This document shows, one piece after another, positions 9,685-16,558 of a DNA stretch of 20,000 nt. The stretch lies in IMG/VR virus record IMGVR_UViG_3300021364_000011, one strand, 5' to 3'. Each line of letters begins with the position of its first letter. The stretch's first letter is position 1. The stretch is from an uncultured virus (IMG/VR IMGVR_UViG_3300021364_000011) (taxonomy: Duplodnaviria > Heunggongvirae > Uroviricota > Caudoviricetes). Position numbers and translations under genes: made by a program. Below the pieces are notes generated by a model, which was given only the letters and a program-made list of their open reading frames with translations, ran no database searches and had not been told where the DNA came from.

Positions 9685-10500
9685 TTACCCCATCATATCC
9701 ATGACTGGCATTTCGAAATTCAGTCGGGATTCTTCTTCTAATCTTGTTATCTCTTCTTGTGCTTCTGTTTTCATTTGAGCTCCGTCTAGTGTTATACCAC
9801 CAGGCAACTCAACTCCTTGGAATTTAGAGAGGTTCTCTCCCCATTGATACTTCACTAATGCAGTTGAATACTTTTTCAACCACATATCATTATAGATATC
9901 AGTCATGTCTGTTGGGTCTAATTTTCTATAACATTCAATAATGATATACTCACCAGCACTTAATTTACTTGCACTGTAGTCCATGTAAAGTCTGTTAGAG
10001 TGCATATTGTATCTAATAGGTATCTGACCCACTAGGATATCGTTTAAAAGTGACAAGTGTGATTGAACTTGTGAATAGTATAAAACACTTGTTGAAGTTA
10101 AATCATATAAATCATTCAATCTTAATTGATACTGGATATCAAACATACTTGAAGTTTGACCTGAATTGAAAGGGAAAATATTGATTACACTTAACACATG
10201 TTCGGGTAGTGTAATGTAGTTTTGACCTTCTCCGTAAGTTTGTCCTGAGATTGCTTGTGTTCCAGTTGTAGCTGCATTATGAGTTTCATTCGTTTTGAAT
10301 GAATCAATTTCATCTTGAGTGATTTGGTGTTTTAAATACGTCTTAATAGAACCATCGTAATGATATTCTCTGAAATATTGCAGTGCTTCGTCAATTCTAT
10401 CATCAAACTGGTCATCGTCCACGTTGATTTCTAGAACGGGAGCTCCAAGTTTTCTTTTGATATACTCTTTTAAGGCTGCTTTTGAATTCGGTTCTGACAT
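9685..10500 (-). CDS. gp13: Neck protein (T4 gp13)
   Basis: Motifs LKEYIKRKLGAPVLEINVDDDQ, WLKKYSTALVKYQWGENLSKF.GVELPGGITLDG. Confidence 0.96.
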   Translation of the reverse strand: MSEPNSKAALKEYIKRKLGAPVLEINVDDDQFDDRIDEALQYFREYHYDGSIKTYLKHQITQDEIDSFKTNETHNAATTGTQAISGQTYGEGQNYITLPEHVLSVINIFPFNSGQTSSMFDIQYQLRLNDLYDLTSTSVLYYSQVQSHLSLLNDILVGQIPIRYNMHSNRLYMDYSASKLSAGEYIIIECYRKLDPTDMTDIYNDMWLKKYSTALVKYQWGENLSKFQGVELPGGITLDGAQMKTEAQEEITRLEEESRLNFEMPVMDMMG

Positions 10501-10530
10501 AGTAATAAATCCTGTTTATTACTATTTATA
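10499..10530 (-). promoter_or_regulatory. Late promoter TATAAATA (10523-10530) overlapping an 11-bp hairpin that encloses the gene 13 RBS and start
   Basis: Minus strand reads TATAAATAGTAATAAA-CAGGA-TTTATTACTATG. Perfect inverted repeat at 10499-10509 / 10515-10525. Confidence 0.85.
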
Positions 10531-10536
10531 GTAATT

Positions 10537-10797
10537 TTAATCTTGGAAATAAGTTTTAGATTGGATTCTATCTAATTTTTCTGATAATCTTTCAATTGAA
10601 TCCATAATTCTTTGGAAATCTGCTTCGATTTGTTCTCTAGTTGCGTAATCACGTGCAATTTCTTCACGTGTTTTGTTGACTAGTATATCAAGTCTTTTTT
10701 GTTCTGAAAGAATGTTTCTAACTAATAAACCTACAGGCATTAGTATGAATGTTAAGATAACATTCCATATGATATGAGCGTCTATTACAAGTTCCAT
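10537..10797 (-). CDS. Small membrane protein (one N-terminal hydrophobic segment plus coiled coil); possibly holin-like
   Basis: Hydrophobic stretch IIWNVILTFILMPVGLLV followed by a charged heptad-like helix. Confidence 0.55.
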   Translation of the reverse strand: MELVIDAHIIWNVILTFILMPVGLLVRNILSEQKRLDILVNKTREEIARDYATREQIEADFQRIMDSIERLSEKLDRIQSKTYFQD

Positions 10798-10802
10798 ACG
10801 AT

Positions 10803-10810
10803 TATTTATG
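10803..10810 (-). promoter_or_regulatory. Probable late promoter variant CATAAATA, 5 nt before the ATG
   Basis: Minus strand CATAAATA-ATCGT-ATG; same geometry as at gp20. Confidence 0.6.
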
Positions 10811-10822
10811 AAATCGTAATGA

Positions 10823-11521
10823 CTATGTAGAAAGTTTATGTATAAGTTTTCCGTTATTATCTACTTCAAAACACAATTCATCAGGGTGAAAACCTTTAGG
10901 GTCACCACCTACGGGGACTTGTTTGGTTAAATACCGAGTAGACATATTAAATGATATACTATATCTATCTTTATCAGTTTGGTTAGGTTCTACCATATGC
11001 ATTAATGCACTTGGAAAAAGAAATAAGTGACCAGTTCTAGGTGCAAGTCTAAAGGTTTGACTTTCTCTTGGTGAATGGGGAAAATCTGAAACTACCTTTG
11101 GGTCTTTATCGAGTGCAACAAAGTTCCCTTCATCTCCTTCTGAATGGACATAGAATACACCACTATACCAACAACCATTATGTAAATGTGGAGCATTCCA
11201 TGCACCTTTATCATTTATGTTTGCCCATGAATTTGAAATGTTTAACTGAACTTGACTAGAACTATGTCCAGTATAATTAAGTAATTCTGTATTAAACTTA
11301 TGATTGATAATTCTCAATAATTTAGTAAAGATAGGACTTGACTCACACCCGTCATTTGATTGCCAACCAGTGTATTGGTTGGATATTCTTCTTCCTACTG
11401 GGTCTGTCTTTCTCATAGAGTCTATTTCATTTTTAAGTAAATCAATATAGTCTTGTTCTAGTTGACCAGTCTCTAATAAGTTGTCTTCGATACAGACATA
11501 TGGAAATAATAATCTAATCAT
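10823..11521 (-). CDS. 2OG-Fe(II) oxygenase (TIGR02466-like family)
   Basis: WANIN..GAWNAPHLH (HxH), SGVFYV, LFLFPSALMHMVEPN, RYSISFN: double-stranded beta-helix metal and 2OG-binding motifs. Confidence 0.88.
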   Translation of the reverse strand: MIRLLFPYVCIEDNLLETGQLEQDYIDLLKNEIDSMRKTDPVGRRISNQYTGWQSNDGCESSPIFTKLLRIINHKFNTELLNYTGHSSSQVQLNISNSWANINDKGAWNAPHLHNGCWYSGVFYVHSEGDEGNFVALDKDPKVVSDFPHSPRESQTFRLAPRTGHLFLFPSALMHMVEPNQTDKDRYSISFNMSTRYLTKQVPVGGDPKGFHPDELCFEVDNNGKLIHKLST

Positions 11522-12425
11522 TATCTAAATCTAACTCTAATTGTTTTTCATAACCTGACATCACATCTGCAGCGTCATCAACAGCACTATGCATAGGACA
11601 TTCAGGTGGTGGATTTCCTTCATTAAAATTTTTACCCTTTTGTTTGTGCATTTTACCCATTCTATAACCACCTAGTTTGTCATCTTTATCCCTAGCTGTT
11701 TGAGAGGTATCTACTTGTCTATTAAATTCGTCCATACTTTTATAACCTGAATTATTTGTAATATGACTTCTATTGTCTAACCAAGATTGGTGTTCATATG
11801 TTATATAGGTTGCCTGCCATTCCTCTCTTTTAAATGGTATGACTTGAACTAGAGGAGTTCCTTTTGGTATAACGAAGGAATGATTTACACGTGGATAAAA
11901 GATAATTTGTGCATTATCGTAATTTGTATTAAAGGTATCTGTATCTATTACACCTTGCCATGTTGCAAAATATTTGTTTTGAAATAAAAATGGGTCTAAG
12001 TAAAACGTTGAATAACCAGGCGGTGTTTTTATGTTCCATGGATTTCTCATTTTAAATGCACCCCTAACTGGTGCATCTTCATCATGTAAATATTGAAATG
12101 CATATCCCATTTGTGCAGAAGGGTGTGTAGGTGAAGGCATTTCTGTTCCTCCGTCAAACTCATGTGTTGCAACCCATTCATCATCTGTATCACCATCAAG
12201 TCTACCATTCTTCACAATAATATCTCTATTAGATAATAGATACCAACCACTCTTCAACCAATCGTCCATAGCAGGACATGAACGTATTGTTGCTTGTTTA
12301 ATTCCACGATTATACTCACGGAATTTCATTTTATTCCACCATTCAGGTTTTATAGATTTTGCAAGAACTGGTTTAGAGTCCTTGAGTGTATCTTCATTAA
12401 ATGTGCTAAATTCTATTGTGGGCAT
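11514..12425 (-). CDS. DUF6065-like protein (often near phage 2OG oxygenases)
   Basis: Motifs PEWW, TIRSCPAMDDWLKSGW, NPWNIKTPPGYS, GVIDTD, IPKGTPLVQVIPFKRE; recognised from memory of the family. Confidence 0.65.
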   Translation of the reverse strand: MPTIEFSTFNEDTLKDSKPVLAKSIKPEWWNKMKFREYNRGIKQATIRSCPAMDDWLKSGWYLLSNRDIIVKNGRLDGDTDDEWVATHEFDGGTEMPSPTHPSAQMGYAFQYLHDEDAPVRGAFKMRNPWNIKTPPGYSTFYLDPFLFQNKYFATWQGVIDTDTFNTNYDNAQIIFYPRVNHSFVIPKGTPLVQVIPFKREEWQATYITYEHQSWLDNRSHITNNSGYKSMDEFNRQVDTSQTARDKDDKLGGYRMGKMHKQKGKNFNEGNPPPECPMHSAVDDAADVMSGYEKQLELDLDND

Positions 12426-13150
12426 TGTCTAAACCAATAATTGTCTTCTACTAATCTAATTTCGTCACCTCGTATTACGATTGACTTCCTATCTATATAT
12501 CGTGCTTCTTCAGTGGGTGCGTCGGCACCATGTGGTATTCTTCCGTCAAAAACCACTAATCTATTTGGTTTGAAAGGAATCTCTGCAATTTGGTGATTCT
12601 TTATATGATTTTCTCTACCATGTAAACCTTGTTGCATTTCGTCATAGATTCTCAAAGGGCCTCCCCAATGTTCTGACCATATAGTATTTGTATAATATAA
12701 AAAAGATAAATTCCATTCGTCTTCTTGCATACAATCTGCATGAGTTGTTCCATGTAAACCTTGTGTTTGTGAATTTAATCCCATGTATTGAAACCTTACC
12801 CATTCAAAACCAAAATCAGTTTGTAGTTTTCTATCTAACCATTTTGCACAACACTTAGTGTCTAGATATAGATTAATTTCGGGGTCTGTATCGGGATAAT
12901 TTCCTACGTCTATCAAACTCGAATTGGTTCCCTTCATCATAGTTGCACCCCAAAATTGGTGATGAGGTAAACCTGTAGGACTATCTCCAGTGACTTGGTT
13001 ATTTTTTGACCAAATATTATTAACACTAACTGCCCTGTTAACCCAATGGTGTAATTGCACAGGCAACCAATCATCAATAATATGAATATCTTTTAGTGGG
13101 AATCCTACGTCTTTTAGTTTAAAGGACTCATTATGATAAATGAGTTCCAT
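12413..13150 (-). CDS. 2OG-Fe(II) oxygenase, prolyl-4-hydroxylase-like
   Basis: HAD (HxD), LSFLYY.N..W...WGG.L, FKPNRLVVFDGRIPH, RKS (2OG-binding Arg). Confidence 0.88.
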   Translation of the reverse strand: MELIYHNESFKLKDVGFPLKDIHIIDDWLPVQLHHWVNRAVSVNNIWSKNNQVTGDSPTGLPHHQFWGATMMKGTNSSLIDVGNYPDTDPEINLYLDTKCCAKWLDRKLQTDFGFEWVRFQYMGLNSQTQGLHGTTHADCMQEDEWNLSFLYYTNTIWSEHWGGPLRIYDEMQQGLHGRENHIKNHQIAEIPFKPNRLVVFDGRIPHGADAPTEEARYIDRKSIVIRGDEIRLVEDNYWFRQCPQ

Positions 13151-13153
13151 ACA

Positions 13154-13717
13154 TTACCTAGTTGACCTAGAGTCGGGAGTGACTAAAGGGTCGGGAATTG
13201 CACCAGCATATTGTTCAAAACTCTTTAAAGTATCTTCTCTTGTTTGTTGAATTTCTGCAACCACATTTTCAAAACAAAACCATATGTTATCAAAATATTC
13301 TAATGCTCTTCTTGCATCAGAACGTCTAGGGTGATTTGACCCTTCTCTTCCAGCTACATTTGCATATAATAAATCATACATTCCATACAATTCAGAACAT
13401 CGTGTTTGATAATCTAACACAAGTTGTTCCAATTGATTAATATATTGTTGATTTAAATTATATCCCAAAGGTGGTTCAGAATTTTTGATATATGTTTCAA
13501 TACTAAGTCTGTCTTCTTCTGACAATGTAGTATGTTCTTGTTCGTCAAATTGTTTTCCGTCTTCCCATTTTAAAATCTTAACTTCAACATCGTCATAAAC
13601 TAACACGTCAAAGTCAAAACCCAATTCAGGTCTATCTACGTTTTCAAAATCATATTGTAAACCATTTTCCTTTCGGATTATGAGTTTACTGTCTTCTGTA
13701 TAAATTAATGCGTTCAT
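13154..13717 (-). CDS. Hypothetical protein, possibly tail-fibre assembly chaperone
   Basis: 187-aa acidic protein with RBS-like GAGG upstream. The C-terminal half (YG.YDL..A...HP...DARRALEYFDNIW...VAEI...IP) resembles helical proteins encoded after phage tail-fibre genes. Confidence 0.45.
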   Translation of the reverse strand: MNALIYTEDSKLIIRKENGLQYDFENVDRPELGFDFDVLVYDDVEVKILKWEDGKQFDEQEHTTLSEEDRLSIETYIKNSEPPLGYNLNQQYINQLEQLVLDYQTRCSELYGMYDLLYANVAGREGSNHPRRSDARRALEYFDNIWFCFENVVAEIQQTREDTLKSFEQYAGAIPDPLVTPDSRSTR

Positions 13718-13747
13718 ACTTTATATTATACCTCAATGTTATAAAAA

Positions 13748-15301
13748 TTACAAGTAGGTTTTTGCCTTCACCCAAATATCTAAATTATTTATGTTGGAAT
13801 AATCCATACCTTTTACCCAAGGGCCTCCCCTAGTGTAGTGTATTCCAGTGTAATCCCACTTCTCATCAGGATTATCATAACCTTCAGTAAAGATATACTT
13901 TTCAGGTATTGGACTTATCTTATCAGTCCACTCAAATTGATGTAATTGAGCTCCCGTCCAAGTGTTCACTACTTCAGGTGTTAACTTCTTACAGTCTTCA
14001 TGTCCATTATTGAATATCATTAATGATGACCATAACTTACATGGATAATCTATATTTACTTGTCCGTCAAATTTAGTTTCGTCATGTTTGATTTGTGGAT
14101 ACTTGATACATGCAACTGCATCGTCCATATTCAGATAATAGAACAATGATAGAATAGATTTTCTCCATATGAAGTCATTATCAATAAAGATACTAAACCC
14201 TTCATAGTTTTCTAAGTAGGGGATTAAAAATCTACTGTAGGTGAATTCAGTATTTTGATTTGCATATGGTCTATTATAATCGGGAAGTTTTGCAATGTCA
14301 AGGAATTTGATTTCGGGTTCCCAATGACACTCTTTCATAAGTTGACCACGGCTAGGTTGTAGTGTTTTTAGAATTGTTTTCTTATTTACTTCGTGTAAGT
14401 CACCATGGTTTGAATCATAACCTATGTAAATGTTTAAAGGTTTTCCTTTTGATTGTAAATGAACTCTCTTATTGAAATCATAAACTTCTTGTCGAAAATT
14501 TAAATCCATTAAATCATGTTGATATTCTATAACTCCATTAACGAAAGTTATGGACGTATTTTTGTGTTTTGAATTTCTCTCGTTTAACTTTTTAGTCCAA
14601 TATTCCAGTGCTTCGTCACACGTTAAGGGTTCTGTATCTAATACGTCCCAAGGGTCTGTTGCAAAAATTTCAAAAGTAGGGTCTTCTAATTCTTCGTATA
14701 CTTTTGACCTTATAGAGCCTGGGTGAATTCTAAAACCAAATCTATCGTCAATTTTAAATGTTGTTCCTTGAATTGGGTGTCTCAAACCTTCTTCTTGTAT
14801 ACTTTGAATTAACCAATGTGCTTTTGCACTATGATAATACATTGAATTTAGAGTGGTTTCAGTCTGAGGTGTGATTTCTGTATTAGGTTCAAACTCTACA
14901 TAATCTTTGATTTGTGCATACTCAGGTTCTCCGTCAACTATCCTTGCACAATCCATTTGACCTGTAATTTTATTTGGTCTTTCTTTACAAGTCCATACGT
15001 GTGGTAAGAATTTTTGATAATGAACTGATTCGTTTGCGGCACCAAAGAAGGGAACAAATTTCTTCTGTTTACGAAGTTCTAAAATATCACCCCATTTAAT
15101 TACTTTAGTAGGTGGTGCAATATTTTCAAACACCCATTTAAAATTTTTATATGCGTCTGACTCTTTATCAACGTCACTTATATCGTCTATAGTTCCTAAA
15201 TGATATGCACCTAGGCTATACCAATCAGCACTACTTAAAGTTTTATAGTCTATAGGTTGAATAGTTGAACGGACTTCTTCTAAGGTTTTCAGTTTTTTCA
15301 T
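13748..15301 (-). CDS. Glycosyltransferase (GT-A fold, C-terminal) fused to an N-terminal ParB/Srx-like region
   Basis: C-terminal half has IYIGYD, TEFTYSRFLIPYL, FIDNDF (DxD), YPCKLWSSLMIFN, LHQFEW, HYTRGGPW. N-terminal half has LIQSIQEEGLRHPI...IHPGSIR, which resembles the ParB-N motif. Confidence 0.8.
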   Translation of the reverse strand: MKKLKTLEEVRSTIQPIDYKTLSSADWYSLGAYHLGTIDDISDVDKESDAYKNFKWVFENIAPPTKVIKWGDILELRKQKKFVPFFGAANESVHYQKFLPHVWTCKERPNKITGQMDCARIVDGEPEYAQIKDYVEFEPNTEITPQTETTLNSMYYHSAKAHWLIQSIQEEGLRHPIQGTTFKIDDRFGFRIHPGSIRSKVYEELEDPTFEIFATDPWDVLDTEPLTCDEALEYWTKKLNERNSKHKNTSITFVNGVIEYQHDLMDLNFRQEVYDFNKRVHLQSKGKPLNIYIGYDSNHGDLHEVNKKTILKTLQPSRGQLMKECHWEPEIKFLDIAKLPDYNRPYANQNTEFTYSRFLIPYLENYEGFSIFIDNDFIWRKSILSLFYYLNMDDAVACIKYPQIKHDETKFDGQVNIDYPCKLWSSLMIFNNGHEDCKKLTPEVVNTWTGAQLHQFEWTDKISPIPEKYIFTEGYDNPDEKWDYTGIHYTRGGPWVKGMDYSNINNLDIWVKAKTYL

Positions 15302-15307
15302 AATATA

Positions 15308-15315
15308 TATTTAGG
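15308..15315 (-). promoter_or_regulatory. Possible late promoter variant CCTAAATA, 6 nt before the GT start
   Basis: Minus strand CCTAAATA-TATATT-ATG; no Shine-Dalgarno in between. Confidence 0.45.
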
Positions 15316-15341
15316 GACGTTCTAATAAGGTCTAAACCTCA

Positions 15342-16550
15342 TTAATATTCACCAACATTACCGCCGGGATCGAAGATTTGTTTCGCCATGTTATGTGCAA
15401 CAACTCCGTCTGTATAGAAATTACCTATTTCTAATATATGGTATACTTCTTTTTCTTCACCAGTATCAATAATATCTTTTAGAACTGCAGAACCCCAAAC
15501 TGATTGAAGTTTATCACCAACTTTTAGATTGACTTCATTTAATTCTTCACCATACATTTGTTCAGTATTTTCAAACTGAGGGTGAGATTCTTTCCAATAT
15601 TCATTATCTACAACACCCCATGTTCCGTCTACTAGTTTGAATGGGTGGTCTTTTGTTGTTCCTAATTCTGCAACTGTATCTCCGTTTTCATTTGCAATAA
15701 CGAGGTTAACAACTTTAGTAGGTCTTGGTGACATAAGTTTTTCAACTTCTTTAACAATTTGACCTTCCTCACTCCAAACTTTAATTTGGTCACCCAATAC
15801 GATTGACTCAATTGGTTTTGTTGTTCCGTCATGCATAAGAATAGGTGTCCCAGCAACGAAACAACCTCCACCACCACCACTGATAAAGTAGTAAGACACT
15901 GCAGTCCTAGCGTTATATGTAAATGGATTCCTTCCACTAACAGGTTGTCTAGCATTAGCAATGTAAGGCACACGATATGTGAAAGGTGACCTAAATGCTA
16001 CTGGTTGTCTAGCATTAGCAATATAAGGCACACGATATGTGAAAGGTGACCTAAATGCTACTGGTTGTTGAATATTCGCAGGATACCTTGCGTCATAAGT
16101 GAATGGGTTTTGTGCATTACTTGGTGACTGAGCATTCGCAGGATACCTTGCGTCATAAGTGAATGGGTTTTGTGCATTTCTAATATTAGGTTGTTGTCCA
16201 TTTACTGGATTCTGATACGTAAATGGTGTTTGTCTATTTCTAATATTAGGTTCTTGTGCATTTACTGGATTTCTATATGTAAATGGTGACCTATGTTGAT
16301 ACGTAGAAGGTTGTCTTGCATCTGCAATATAAGGTTGTTGACCATTTGCAATATATGGTGTTTGACTGTTTGCAATATAAGGATAAGGAACTTGTGTAAG
16401 TTCTTGACCCGAAGCATTATTCCACCCTGAAGGTGTTTTGATATAGATTTGGTCAACTGCACTCCAAGTAGAGGAACCAGTTTTAACCCATGCACCTTGG
16501 GTCGCATTCCAACCTGTAGGTGTCTTGACTGATTGATTTCCTGATGCCAT
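15342..16550 (-). CDS. Repeat protein A: Trp-rich N-terminal adaptor, Pro/Tyr/Gln/Asn repeats, Gly5 linker, C-terminal Hint (intein-like) domain
   Basis: aa 1-48 contain three K-T-x-x-(x)-G/T-W units; aa 53-218 contain PFTY/ANARQP repeats; aa 230-387 form the Hint domain. Confidence 0.9.
   Translation of the reverse strand: MASGNQSVKTPTGWNATQGAWVKTGSSTWSAVDQIYIKTPSGWNNASGQELTQVPYPYIANSQTPYIANGQQPYIADARQPSTYQHRSPFTYRNPVNAQEPNIRNRQTPFTYQNPVNGQQPNIRNAQNPFTYDARYPANAQSPSNAQNPFTYDARYPANIQQPVAFRSPFTYRVPYIANARQPVAFRSPFTYRVPYIANARQPVSGRNPFTYNARTAVSYYFISGGGGGCFVAGTPILMHDGTTKPIESIVLGDQIKVWSEEGQIVKEVEKLMSPRPTKVVNLVIANENGDTVAELGTTKDHPFKLVDGTWGVVDNEYWKESHPQFENTEQMYGEELNEVNLKVGDKLQSVWGSAVLKDIIDTGEEKEVYHILEIGNFYTDGVVAHNMAKQIFDPGGNVGEY
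15390..15863 (-). other. Hint (Hedgehog/intein) autoprocessing domain, aa Cys230-Asn387
   Basis: Block A CFVAGTPI, KPIESIVLGD, block B TTKDHPF (TxxH), LKVGD, block F/G VYHI..NFYTDGVVAHN. No homing endonuclease. The +1 residue is Met. Confidence 0.9.
15897..16394 (-). repeat. Coding tandem repeats, mostly 60-bp (20-aa) period with 24-bp (8-aa) units at the 5' end
   Basis: Near-identical 60-bp duplications are visible, e.g. aggcacacgatatgtgaaaggtgacctaaatgctactggttgt twice (about 15966 and 16026) and cgcaggataccttgcgtcataagtgaatgggttttgtgcatt twice (16077 and 16137). Confidence 0.92.
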
Positions 16551-16558
16551 GTCTTATA

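Noticed and set aside
10823..15301. DNA hypermodification cluster (TET/JBP-like oxygenase plus base glycosyltransferase)
   Set aside because: Not excluded but disfavoured: the oxygenases look P4H/TIGR02466-like, the cassette sits among late structural genes, no nucleotide-metabolism genes are adjacent, and restriction-site avoidance is strong.
15390..15863. Canonical mobile intein
   Set aside because: There is no homing endonuclease, +1 is Met rather than Cys/Ser/Thr, the C-extein is only 15 aa, and the host is not a conserved enzyme.
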